DNA of 58,128 bases from positions 1 to 58,128 of IMG/VR virus record IMGVR_UViG_3300014488_000003; one strand, written 5' to 3'. The stretch comes from a virus. The notes below the pieces were generated by a model, which was not told where the DNA came from, made no database searches, and saw nothing but the letters and a program-made list of their open reading frames with translations. This document shows positions 7,867 through 16,341 of this stretch, one piece after another. Every line of letters begins with the position of its first letter. The stretch's first letter is position 1. The position numbers were made by a program, and so were the translations under genes.

Positions 7867-7894
7867 GGGGAGGGTAATTCGCGGTGCCCTCCCC
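7867..7894 (+). terminator. stem-loop (ggggaggg ... ccctcccc)
   Basis: 8-bp GC stem with a 12-nt loop, 36 nt after the stop at 7831. Confidence 0.5.
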
Positions 7895-7898
7895 AACT

Positions 7899-7982
7899 GG
7901 GGTGGTCGGCGTAATGAGGAGCTGGTACCGAATCCACAGCGATGTGGTTGCCCTTGCGCGGGTTCGAATCCCGTCCACCCCA
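7899..7982 (+). ncRNA. non-canonical tRNA-like element 1
   Basis: 7-bp acceptor stem GGGGTGG/CCACCCC, canonical T arm GCGGG-TTCGAAT-CCCGT and discriminator A. I could not fold a D arm or a 7-nt anticodon loop by hand. Internal hairpin CCACA-GCGA-TGTGG. Confidence 0.45.
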
Positions 7983-8127
7983 CTAGGGGAAGCATTGACA
8001 TTGATGCGACTCATCGTGAGTTCCTAGGACTAGCCGACCAGGAGACGTCCTCGGTCAAAAGCGATGAGGAGAAACGGGTGAAAGTCCCGTCCCCTTCCGA
8101 TAGGTGAGTGAGAGCACCGGAGGAGAC

Positions 8128-9276
8128 ATGATAGATCTTAGCAAGATTCCCGAGGTACGGACCTCGGAGCGACAGCTGTGGAAGCGCTGTCCTTGGGCCT
8201 GGAATCAGGCTTACCGTATGGGGATGCGGTCGAAGCGCGTAAGCGATCCATTGTGGTTTGGAGAGCTTGTCCACATTGCGCTCGGGGCTTGGTATGTGGG
8301 GCCAGGGCTCCGGCGCGGTCCCCACCCGGCCGAGACCTTCGAGAAGATCAGCGCCTCCGAAGAGATGCGCTACTTCAAGACCAAGGACGCCACCGAGGAC
8401 GAGCAGGCGAAGTACGCGGACATGCGGGCGCTCGGCGTGGTGATGCTGGAGGGATACGTTGACCTCTATGGGCGGGACGAATCCTGGCACATCATCAGCC
8501 CGGAGCAGACATTCTCCTTCAACATTCCCTTCCCAACGGACTGGGAATGGGAGGAGACGCGCGAGTTCTTGGCACGGTATGTGGGAACCTATGACTTAGT
8601 GTACCGAGACCTCATCAATAACTGGATCTGGCTGGGAGAGCACAAGACTGCCAAGGTCATACGCGTTGACCATCTTCCCCTCGATGATCAGGCCGGTCCC
8701 TACTTCGCGACCGCTAAGCAGTCGCTTCTCAAGCAGGGCTTGATTTCCCCGAAGGACCACTTCAAGGGCATTATGTATAACTTCCTACGAAAGGGCCTTC
8801 CTGACCCGAGGCCGGTGGATGCCCAGGGGTACGTCGTCAATAAGCCGACGAAGGAACACTACGTCGCTGCCATTGAGGCGTACCAGGCGGATGCTCTTAC
8901 TGGCAAGGAAAGCCTGGCAAAGCTCGCACAGGTGGCCGAGGCCCTAGGCATCACGGTCCTCGGAGAGCGCTCGAAGGTGCAGCCTGCCATTCTCTTCAAG
9001 CGACACCCGGTCCCCCGTACCCGCGCGGAGCAGGCGAGTCAGCTCCAGCGGATGCAGGATGACCTGACGGTGATGGAGTACCACCGGAGAGGTCTCCTGC
9101 CTATCACCAAGACTACTCACTACAGCTGTGCTCGATACTGCGACTTCTATGATGTATGTCGTCTGCACGAGGCTAGCGGCAACTGGAAGGAGCTACGTAA
9201 GGTTAGCTTCCGCGTGGAGGACCCGTATGCGGCCCACAGGAAGTCCACAGACGAGATTGGAACGTTTGAGCTATGA
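8128..9276 (+). CDS. PD-(D/E)XK Cas4/RecB-like exonuclease
   Basis: ATG after GGAGGAG. N-terminal Cys (RCPWAW) plus C-terminal C-x3-C-x5-C (SCARYCDFYDVC) is typical of Cas4/AddB-type Fe-S nucleases. Sits in the recombination module. Confidence 0.8.
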   Translation: MIDLSKIPEVRTSERQLWKRCPWAWNQAYRMGMRSKRVSDPLWFGELVHIALGAWYVGPGLRRGPHPAETFEKISASEEMRYFKTKDATEDEQAKYADMRALGVVMLEGYVDLYGRDESWHIISPEQTFSFNIPFPTDWEWEETREFLARYVGTYDLVYRDLINNWIWLGEHKTAKVIRVDHLPLDDQAGPYFATAKQSLLKQGLISPKDHFKGIMYNFLRKGLPDPRPVDAQGYVVNKPTKEHYVAAIEAYQADALTGKESLAKLAQVAEALGITVLGERSKVQPAILFKRHPVPRTRAEQASQLQRMQDDLTVMEYHRRGLLPITKTTHYSCARYCDFYDVCRLHEASGNWKELRKVSFRVEDPYAAHRKSTDEIGTFEL

Positions 9277-9683
9277 AGCACAACATGAGGGAAGCCGAGA
9301 CTGCAAACGTCAATCCAAAAACCCAATCCATGAATCGACGGGCGCGGCGAATTCTGCTGCAGCACCGGCACGTCAGGGGTACCGGACGTCCGTCCGGGAA
9401 GACCGGTCAGCCGGATTGGTCCCGGAGGATGAAGTGGGAGTCGGAGCGCAAGCGGCTCCTGACGAAGCTCCCGGTTTCGGAGCTGGCCGTGCACGGGATC
9501 TGCTCTGCCAAACAGGCCACCGCGCTGTACGAGGCCGGATTCAAGACCGTCTACGCCGTGGCGTCTGCGACGTACGAGGGCCTGCTGAGGGTCACGGGCT
9601 TCGGGCCTAAGACGCTCGCGAAGCTCTGGCAGGATGCGAAGATCAAGGGGCAGCTGGATATGAGCTGGAAGGTCCCTGCCTGA
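9273..9683 (+). CDS. helix-hairpin-helix DNA-binding protein
   Basis: ATGA overlap with the upstream gene. HhH motif LRVTGFGPKTLAKL. Confidence 0.7.
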   Translation: MKHNMREAETANVNPKTQSMNRRARRILLQHRHVRGTGRPSGKTGQPDWSRRMKWESERKRLLTKLPVSELAVHGICSAKQATALYEAGFKTVYAVASATYEGLLRVTGFGPKTLAKLWQDAKIKGQLDMSWKVPA

Positions 9684-10552
9684 TGGCTGGCCGGGCAACG
9701 CCGGACTCTGCAAAAGCTAAGGGGCGGCAGGGGGCAAAGACCGACCTCCATGTGGTGAGCGCCAATGACTTCGCCAAGGCTATCCAGGAGCTGGACGGCG
9801 ACTGCGAGACCCGTAACATCATGTTGTACGGAGACTCGGGCTGCGGCAAGACGGTCGTCGCGGGTACCTGCCCCAATTCACTTTGGCTGGCATGCGAGCC
9901 GGGATATATCAGCGCTTCAAAGAATCGCTGGGGATTGGAACTCGGGAAGCGTGAGGTACGTCCCATACCCCACAGCGCTGCTATGCTGGGAGGACTTGAC
10001 TGGCTGGAGGGCGGGGGGTATCGGAAGTTCCAGTGGATCATTCTCGACGGGGCAAGCACCCTGGACAAGAAGGTCCGGCTGAACTTCGCGGCCGAAGCTT
10101 TCGATCACAACCCAGCGTCCCGGGCCCACCGTAACCTCCCAATGGAGGCCGACTACTTCAATACCCAGAACTTCATGATCTCGACCATCTCTCGACTCGT
10201 GGACCTCCCGGTCAACATCCTCATTACCGCGCACGCTATGCGGATGGACGACGATGCGGGGGACACCCGAGTCATGCCCGAGTTCCAGAAGAAAGGCGGC
10301 GGTCTCTCCAACTATGTGAGCGGCCTCATGCATGCTGTCGGCTTCATGCGCAAGCGCTCGATCAAGAACAAAGAGTCCGGTGATACCCGAGAAGTCAGAC
10401 GGATACTATGGCAGCAATCGGTTGATCCGAAGTCGGGAACCGTCTACTTCGCCAAGGACCAATTCGACGCCTTCGGGCGATACACCGACGACACCAACAT
10501 TTTCGAACTCATGAGCATGATAGATGACTCTGAGTCCAACGAGGAAGAATAG
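9683..10552 (+). CDS. RecA/Sak4-like AAA ATPase
   Basis: Walker A GDSGCGKT, Walker B WIILDG. TGATG overlap with the upstream gene (stop and start share one A). Lies between the exonuclease and the SSB-like gene. Confidence 0.85.
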   Translation: MAGRATPDSAKAKGRQGAKTDLHVVSANDFAKAIQELDGDCETRNIMLYGDSGCGKTVVAGTCPNSLWLACEPGYISASKNRWGLELGKREVRPIPHSAAMLGGLDWLEGGGYRKFQWIILDGASTLDKKVRLNFAAEAFDHNPASRAHRNLPMEADYFNTQNFMISTISRLVDLPVNILITAHAMRMDDDAGDTRVMPEFQKKGGGLSNYVSGLMHAVGFMRKRSIKNKESGDTREVRRILWQQSVDPKSGTVYFAKDQFDAFGRYTDDTNIFELMSMIDDSESNEEE

Positions 10553-10565
10553 GAAGGATAGCCGA

Positions 10566-11333
10566 GTGGCAAAGGTAACATGGGGCGGCGGGGTAACCGG
10601 CCGTGCCCTGGACGAAGCGGACCGGAGTCAGTTCACTCCGTATGACGGGCCTGTCCCGCCCAACAAGCTCTTCTGCTTCAGGGTCAAGATGCTGAAGAAG
10701 GGCAAAAGCTCCAACGATAACCCGCAGCTGATCATCGGCCTGGAGCTGGTGCCGCGCCGGACCCGCCCGGAAGAGAAGCAGTACAAGGGGTACTACATCA
10801 CCGACTATATTGTGGTGCTGGAGTCCACGACGTTCCGGGTGGCCCCGTTCCTCGATGCAATCGGGGTGTCAGGGCGGGAGTTCGCCGAGCACACATCGGT
10901 CGGTCCGAAGGACGATCGGGGCTCCAAACCGATCACGAAGATCGGGCACTGGGTCAACGACGGAAAGCAGTTCGTCCTCGCTACGCTGAAGGACGGCATG
11001 GACCAGAAGGGGAACCCCCGAAAGGAAATCGCCGGTTACCGGCCGGTGGAGGAGCTGACCTCCAAGAGTGACGAGGAAGAGGACGACAGCATCGGCGAGG
11101 AGGAAGAGGAGGAAGAGGCCCCCGCCCGCAAGCCCGCGAAGAAGGCGGCACCGAAGAAGCGCCAGCCCGAGCCGGAGCCGGAGCCCGAGGAAGAAGAGGA
11201 AGAGGAAGAATCCCCACCTCCCCGGAAGAAGGCTGCAGCGAAGAAGGCCGCTCCGAAGCGTCGCCGTGACGAGGACGAAGACGAGGAAGGTGCCGACGCG
11301 GAATCGGACGAGGAAGACGAAGCCCCGTTCTAG
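10566..11333 (+). CDS. putative ssDNA-binding protein (DUF669-like) with acidic/PAKKA tail ending in an SSB-like tip
   Basis: GTG after AGGAAGGA. Position matches the exonuclease-ATPase-SSB order. Tail EEEEE...PAKKAAPKK...DEEDEAPF. Confidence 0.65.
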   Translation: MAKVTWGGGVTGRALDEADRSQFTPYDGPVPPNKLFCFRVKMLKKGKSSNDNPQLIIGLELVPRRTRPEEKQYKGYYITDYIVVLESTTFRVAPFLDAIGVSGREFAEHTSVGPKDDRGSKPITKIGHWVNDGKQFVLATLKDGMDQKGNPRKEIAGYRPVEELTSKSDEEEDDSIGEEEEEEEAPARKPAKKAAPKKRQPEPEPEPEEEEEEEESPPPRKKAAAKKAAPKRRRDEDEDEEGADAESDEEDEAPF

Positions 11334-11351
11334 CCAACGGCATTTAGCTCA

Positions 11352-11390
11352 AGAGGGGCTGGCCCGATTCCCCGGGCCGGTCCCTCTTTC
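11352..11390 (+). terminator. imperfect stem-loop followed by TTTC
   Basis: agaggggctggcccg ... cgggccggtccctct. Confidence 0.55.
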
Positions 11391-11415
11391 CGCAGTCGGA
11401 TGAAAGGAGTAGGCT

Positions 11416-11952
11416 GTGCTCATGTCGATTGCTCGGGTGACGGATGACGAGATCATCTCACATTTCGAGCGTTATCACAGTAGCGGCCTGGCAATTAGTT
11501 GGCCTGAGAGCGGGCTACACCGTCGGCTCGCGAGTCGTAGCGTGTGGCTCGCTTACCACGATTACCTCCACAAGCTCCCGAGGATAGCGGGGCATAACCA
11601 TGCAAGGACGGGATGGGAGAGAACGAATATGTCAGTAACAACTAGGTGGGAACAGCGCACGCCCTGCAACTGCCTGCACCCGCCTACGCACCAGCCCGAC
11701 TGCACCGGACGCCAGGGCCTCGTGGTGATCTCCTCGGAGCCGGGAAGCTCGGCGCAGGACCGGCTGTGGGAGGAGCTGATTCGCTGCATCGGTCAACTGA
11801 TGGGCCCCAAGAAGGGCGACACCGGAATGTCGGAGTACGCCCGGGGGATCGCCACCGCGCTCGCCTACATCCGGAGCCCGCTTGTACCGAACGTGGACGC
11901 AATCCGGAAGGACGCTATGTCGATGTGGAAGAAGAAGCAAAATGCCGAATGA
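11416..11952 (+). CDS. hypothetical protein
   Basis: GTG 6 nt after AAAGGAG. 178-aa ORF. Confidence 0.65.
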   Translation: MLMSIARVTDDEIISHFERYHSSGLAISWPESGLHRRLASRSVWLAYHDYLHKLPRIAGHNHARTGWERTNMSVTTRWEQRTPCNCLHPPTHQPDCTGRQGLVVISSEPGSSAQDRLWEELIRCIGQLMGPKKGDTGMSEYARGIATALAYIRSPLVPNVDAIRKDAMSMWKKKQNAE

Positions 11953-12136
11953 GATGAGCTGGACGGCAGACGACAAGAAGCTGGGCATGAGCATGGCGGA
12001 GCTGGAGCGAGCCGTGGATATCGTGCGGCAGACTCGTCCGGGGAAGAGGTTCCGAATCAAAGCCGTAGTCGGCTTCAGCCAGCAGCTCCAGAAGATCACC
12101 TTTGTGGAGGCGGAATATGTTGATCCGCAGGCGTAA
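11942..12136 (+). CDS. hypothetical protein (64 aa)
   Basis: ATG overlaps the upstream stop. Internal start within ORF 11882..12136. Confidence 0.5.
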   Translation: MPNEMSWTADDKKLGMSMAELERAVDIVRQTRPGKRFRIKAVVGFSQQLQKITFVEAEYVDPQA

Positions 12137-12920
12137 GCGAAGCGTGGCAATCCTAGGATGCGGCCCGGCCGGACTCTTCGCGGCGCATGCCTTCTATGAA
12201 GCAGGCTGGGAAATATCCATCTTGTCGAGGAAGCGCCGGAGCGAAATGTTTGGGGCACAGTATCTTCACCAAGAGATCCCCGGGCTGCCCGCGTATCGGG
12301 CCACTCTTAACTACACGCTCACCGGTACTGTGGAGGGATACGCCAAGAAGGTATACGGCGGTACTCTTCCGCCAGAGAAGGTCAGCCCGAGCCATCTCCT
12401 AGGCGTCTCCACCGTCTGGGATATCCGGGCAGCTTACTATGGGGCCTGGGATCGTTACGCGGGCATGATCACCTCCATGCACGTTAACCCAAGCGACGTC
12501 TCCAGTATCAAGCAATCCTTTGACCTCGTGGTGTCCTCGCTACCGGTCCCTGTACTGTGTGCGGATATGAATCAGCAGCATTCGTTCGAGGCAGGGAAGG
12601 TATGGGCGATTGGGGACGCGCCGGAGCGCGGGATCTTCTGTCCGGTCAGCACCCCGCATTTTACGGTGCGTTGCAACGGCGAGGAAACTCCGGCGTGGTA
12701 CCGTGCCAGCAACGTCTTCAACTATCAGACAGCTGAGTGGCCTCAGGATAACAAGCCCCCTATCGAGGGAATAGCAGAAGTAATCAAGCCCTTGCAGACG
12801 AACTGCAACTGCCACGTCGATGGCAAGTTCATCCGCGTCGGGCGTTACGGCACGTGGGCCAAAGGCGTACTATCGCATGAAGCATACCTTACCGCGCAGG
12901 AGAGAGCGAGGAAGCGATGA
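12117..12920 (+). CDS. Rossmann-fold FAD/NAD(P)-binding protein of unknown specificity
   Basis: N-terminal VAILGCGPAGLFAAHAF (GxGxxG) followed by ILSRKRR. ATG after GGAGGCGG. Confidence 0.7.
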   Translation: MLIRRRKRSVAILGCGPAGLFAAHAFYEAGWEISILSRKRRSEMFGAQYLHQEIPGLPAYRATLNYTLTGTVEGYAKKVYGGTLPPEKVSPSHLLGVSTVWDIRAAYYGAWDRYAGMITSMHVNPSDVSSIKQSFDLVVSSLPVPVLCADMNQQHSFEAGKVWAIGDAPERGIFCPVSTPHFTVRCNGEETPAWYRASNVFNYQTAEWPQDNKPPIEGIAEVIKPLQTNCNCHVDGKFIRVGRYGTWAKGVLSHEAYLTAQERARKR

Positions 12921-13375
12921 TACCTGCAATCTTTATCGCCATCTGGATCCTCGGAGTCCGTCTCCGGGCTGCGTTCCGCCTCACCCTCGGGGCAGCCGTG
13001 GACCTCTGGCAGACCTTCCGCTACATCCGGATGCGCTATCGGTTCTCTGCGAAGACTACCGGCCACCGCTGGCACTCCGACGCGGTCAGCGTCTGGGATA
13101 TCCTGGAGCGCAACGCGGATAGTGAGTGGATTGCTTCCCGCCCTGGGCGGCATGCCGATACCCGGGGAGCCCGCTACGCTCCGGCAATCTGGTATCTGCT
13201 GCGACGGTTGTGGGATGACCGGGCGGCACAGGACATGGCTGTGGCTGCAGTCGGGAAGCTCATGCAGCAGATCCGCTGGATGCTAGACAATCCGCCCGAG
13301 CCGGAGACCGAGCACGGCTGCATCAACTGCACCTGTAACGCGCTGGCTCGCTGGGAATCGACGGTGGCCGCGTGA
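12917..13375 (+). CDS. hypothetical protein with N-terminal TM segment
   Basis: ATGA overlap with the upstream gene. MIPAIFIAIWILGV. Confidence 0.6.
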   Translation: MIPAIFIAIWILGVRLRAAFRLTLGAAVDLWQTFRYIRMRYRFSAKTTGHRWHSDAVSVWDILERNADSEWIASRPGRHADTRGARYAPAIWYLLRRLWDDRAAQDMAVAAVGKLMQQIRWMLDNPPEPETEHGCINCTCNALARWESTVAA

Positions 13376-14019
13376 TCGCGATGAACCGGGATGGTGTTCC
13401 CCTGGTTTCCCTGGACATAGATGGCACACTCGGGGACTACCACGGACACTTCCTGAAGTTCGCGAGTAAGTGGTTTGGCCGAGAGTTCCCTGATCCCAAG
13501 ACCATCAACCCCGGCTTACGGCTCAGTGAGTTCATGGGCGTGCCCCATCACGAGTACCGTCAGTGCAAGCTCGCCTACCGACAGGGCGGATTGAAGCGCT
13601 GGATGCCCGCTTACCTGGGGGCGGGAGATCTGACGCATGCCATCCGGGCTATGGGGGTGGACGTCTGGATCTGTACGACTCGCCCTTTCAACCGTCTGGA
13701 TAATATCGACCCTGACACCCAGGAATGGCTGAGACGTAACGGAATTGTATTTGATGGACTGCTGTTCGGCGATGACAAGTACGCGGAACTGGAACGGCAG
13801 ACCCGAGGACGGAGGACGGTCCTGGCCGTGGCGGAAGACCTCCCCGAGCTAGCCGATGAGGCTGCGCAGTATGGATGGCCGGTCCTTCTCCGTGATCAGC
13901 CGTACAACCGGCACTATCAGGGGCCAGCGAATCGGATCCACAAGATTAGCGAGATCCTAGATTTCGTTGCCGCTCACAAGGAATGGATCGAGAAAGGACC
14001 CTGGCCCCGTGTCGACTAA
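13372..14019 (+). CDS. HAD-superfamily 5'(3')-deoxyribonucleotidase-like phosphatase
   Basis: HAD motif I LDIDGTL. Size and layout resemble NT5C-type nucleotidases. GTGA overlap with the upstream gene. Confidence 0.75.
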   Translation: MIAMNRDGVPLVSLDIDGTLGDYHGHFLKFASKWFGREFPDPKTINPGLRLSEFMGVPHHEYRQCKLAYRQGGLKRWMPAYLGAGDLTHAIRAMGVDVWICTTRPFNRLDNIDPDTQEWLRRNGIVFDGLLFGDDKYAELERQTRGRRTVLAVAEDLPELADEAAQYGWPVLLRDQPYNRHYQGPANRIHKISEILDFVAAHKEWIEKGPWPRVD

Positions 14020-14461
14020 AGAAGAGCTTCGGTACATTGCGGATTGCCTCATCCCCGAACTGCTGCAGGATTTCGAGAGGTACGCGAAAGAATACCAGCA
14101 GCCGCGTGATCTCGGCATACGTGGTGAGTTCGTGGGACTGTACCGGAAGGTCAGGAAGCTGAAGACCATATTCTGGGACGGGGTGGACGCGAGTGGCTGG
14201 CGCGAGGACGAGCGGACGATCCTCAAGGAGGTCATCTCTCACGGGCTCTTGATGTTGTTGGATTACGACGATACCCGCAAGGGGAGTAAGTGGCAGCCCA
14301 TGTCCTCTAAAGCGGAGCAGGCCCGCGTCGTCGAGATGCAGGCCGGGCCTGATGAGGAACCTGACGACGAGGACGAAGATCCTCCGCCCCGTGAGCGGAC
14401 CAGGATACGCCGCAGTCCCAGGCCAGTTCAGGGGGTTCTTATAGTTGGTGACAACGTATAA
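14009..14461 (+). CDS. hypothetical all-alpha protein (DUF1599/MazG-related?)
   Basis: GTG start. DLGIRGEFVGLYRKVRKLK...ILKEVISHGLLML resembles the DUF1599 pattern from memory. Acidic tail. Confidence 0.55.
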   Translation: MSTKEELRYIADCLIPELLQDFERYAKEYQQPRDLGIRGEFVGLYRKVRKLKTIFWDGVDASGWREDERTILKEVISHGLLMLLDYDDTRKGSKWQPMSSKAEQARVVEMQAGPDEEPDDEDEDPPPRERTRIRRSPRPVQGVLIVGDNV

Positions 14462-14556
14462 TGTGGAGGATAATCCGAGATGTCGCCCTGGTATTGGTCG
14501 GCTTCTGCATCATTCTCGTCTTCCTCATTATCGGCGAGAGTCTGAAGGGTAGATGA
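14461..14556 (+). CDS. micro-ORF, single-TM peptide (31 aa)
   Basis: TAATG and ATGATG coupling on both sides. VALVLVGFCIILVFLIIG. Confidence 0.4.
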   Translation: MWRIIRDVALVLVGFCIILVFLIIGESLKGR

Positions 14557-15212
14557 TGGGTAAGGTGGACCATGCCGCGCTCATCGACCTCTGGGATGAG
14601 ATCCGGGAGGCGAAGGAGTTTGCGCACCTACAGACCAAGGGCATACGTTTAGTGCCCGGAACTGGCTCCTCCCGGCCGTTGGCTATGGTTGTGGGCGAGG
14701 CCCCAGGGGCAACCGAGAATGCACGCGAGGAGCCATTCTGTGGGGCTAGCGGACAGGTGCTGCATCAGCTTATGGAGTTGGCCGGTCTTCGGTCGAAGCC
14801 AGGTGTGGGCCTCCGTTTCCGGTGGGAGGGGGACGTCAACGGAGAAGAGGTGCCGCAGAACGTCTGGCTGACGAATGCGATCAAGTTTCGGCCTCCGGGG
14901 AACCGCACGCCTAACGTTCGGGAGCAGTGGGATGCCCGCCCGTACCTTCTCCGAGAGTGGAAGCTGATCGGACGACCCCGGCTGATTGTGGCTGTCGGAT
15001 CAGTAGCGGCAGATACAATCAACGCTCATCCTATACGTATGCAACGGGGCGAGCTTCACCCGATGCGGGATGGAAAGACTTGGATCTGCTATCAGTATCA
15101 CCCTGCATATGGACTGCGCAATACGAAGGCGCAGCCGACTATGGAGCGGCACTGGGAGCAGCTGGGACAGGCAATTGGGGAGATGAGGGAGGAACTTCAA
15201 TGGGAAGTCTGA
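14553..15212 (+). CDS. uracil-DNA glycosylase family-4-like protein (lacks the usual Fe-S cysteines)
   Basis: Motif A GEAPG..E..PFCGASGQVL and motif B YHPAYGLRN. Only 2 Cys in the whole protein. Confidence 0.75.
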   Translation: MMGKVDHAALIDLWDEIREAKEFAHLQTKGIRLVPGTGSSRPLAMVVGEAPGATENAREEPFCGASGQVLHQLMELAGLRSKPGVGLRFRWEGDVNGEEVPQNVWLTNAIKFRPPGNRTPNVREQWDARPYLLREWKLIGRPRLIVAVGSVAADTINAHPIRMQRGELHPMRDGKTWICYQYHPAYGLRNTKAQPTMERHWEQLGQAIGEMREELQWEV

Positions 15213-15529
15213 CGATGCCGAAGACCCGTTTGATCGAGCTCATGCGGCAGCTGGAGTACAGATCCTTACAGGCCGAGCGCGCCTCAGAGAAGTGGGAGAA
15301 GCGTAAGGCTCAACTGGAGCGCTATTGCGACCGTAACAAATACACCGAAGAACAGAAGCGTAACAAGTTCAGGATCGACTGGGATCTTAACGACGCCATG
15401 GATTCCTGGAACTGGAACCGGCGCGAGGCGAACCGGATCGCACAGTTCATCTTGGCCGAGAAGGCTTTTCGGGACATGATCGGCCGTGATGCCATGCCGT
15501 CTGAGGGGATCGTTATCCATGCTGAGTGA
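15200..15529 (+). CDS. hypothetical coiled-coil protein (109 aa)
   Basis: ATG after GAGGGAGGAA, overlapping the upstream stop. Confidence 0.6.
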   Translation: MGSLTMPKTRLIELMRQLEYRSLQAERASEKWEKRKAQLERYCDRNKYTEEQKRNKFRIDWDLNDAMDSWNWNRREANRIAQFILAEKAFRDMIGRDAMPSEGIVIHAE

Positions 15530-16022
15530 CCGGACGATCCGACGTCTTCTCAGGACGGGCGAGCTGGAGATCAGATACATCGACTTCGATCAGATCCAAA
15601 GCGTCAGCGTGGACTTGCGGCTGGAGTCTATTGCCGACTATCAGGGGAACCTGTTGGGGTTCGATGGCGATTACCTCGGCCGGACGGGATATTGGATGGT
15701 GCCCCAGCAGTTCGTCTTGGGTTGTACTATCGAATACCTCAAGATACCCAACAACCTGGTGGGTCAAGTTCACGGCAAGTCCACCCGGGCTCGACAGGGG
15801 CTGATCGTCGAGTCGGCCGGTCTCGTGGACCCCGGTTTCCAGGGGCAGCTGACTCTGGAGATATTCAACATGAGCCATATGCCGGTATTTCTGGAGTTCG
15901 GAAGCCTGATGGCACAGATCTCCTTCGACTGGGTAGACACGACTCCGGAGCATTCCTACGGGCACCCAGCGCTCAACTCCCACTACCAAGGTCAGACCGG
16001 CCCGACACCAGCGAGGTTCTGA
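15519..16022 (+). CDS. dcd: dCTP deaminase (dUTPase-fold)
   Basis: MLSDRTIRRLL N-terminus, GxVHGKSTxAR-like segment and VDPGFQGQLTLE motif, typical of Dcd. Confidence 0.85.
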   Translation: MLSDRTIRRLLRTGELEIRYIDFDQIQSVSVDLRLESIADYQGNLLGFDGDYLGRTGYWMVPQQFVLGCTIEYLKIPNNLVGQVHGKSTRARQGLIVESAGLVDPGFQGQLTLEIFNMSHMPVFLEFGSLMAQISFDWVDTTPEHSYGHPALNSHYQGQTGPTPARF

Positions 16023-16255
16023 TGATGTGGCACGGGCATCTCTGGGGCGGACCGGACCACGGAAATCTAGTCAGCACAACGGTGGATAGGTTCCGCTGTA
16101 TCCGGACGATTACCATGCACCTCGATGGCGGATACAAGACCCCCTCCGTCACCGAAATCGATGGGGTGTATATCTGGAACCCGGAAAAGTCTAGGTTTGA
16201 TTGGGAGGGTCCGGGGGCTAGCGGGGACACCATAGAAAGGTTGCGGTTGCAATGA
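16022..16255 (+). CDS. hypothetical protein (77 aa)
   Basis: TGATG overlap. Internal start within ORF 15692..16255. Confidence 0.55.
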   Translation: MMWHGHLWGGPDHGNLVSTTVDRFRCIRTITMHLDGGYKTPSVTEIDGVYIWNPEKSRFDWEGPGASGDTIERLRLQ

Positions 16256-16341
16256 TCTTCAAGAGGTGGTGGTTCTGGGCTCTGCTGGCGGTGGTGTTCT
16301 ACATCCTTTTGGTGGCCGGAGTTATCGGAGGGGGAGAGTGA
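16252..16341 (+). CDS. micro-ORF, single-TM peptide (29 aa)
   Basis: ATGA and GTGA coupling on both sides. WWFWALLAVVFYILLVAGVIG. Confidence 0.4.
   Translation: MIFKRWWFWALLAVVFYILLVAGVIGGGE

Noticed and set aside
7899-7982. Calling the two T-arm-containing elements ordinary tRNA genes (7899-7982 and 57850-57934)
   Set aside because: I tried every U33 candidate and several D-stem registers by hand. No 5-bp stem closing a 7-nt anticodon loop and no proper D arm can be formed in either element, so I report them as tRNA-like rather than assigning an anticodon.
7955-7985. tRNA 3'-end-like segments as attP cores of an integrating phage
   Set aside because: No tyrosine or serine integrase, excisionase or repressor gene is present anywhere in the genome. 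Each element also carries its own complementary 5' acceptor strand, which an attP core would not need.
7865-8107. 80-aa + strand ORF spanning the gap between 7831 and 8128
   Set aside because: It runs through a GC hairpin, the tRNA-like element and a promoter/leader region. It has no RBS and an implausible composition. The region is better explained as non-coding.
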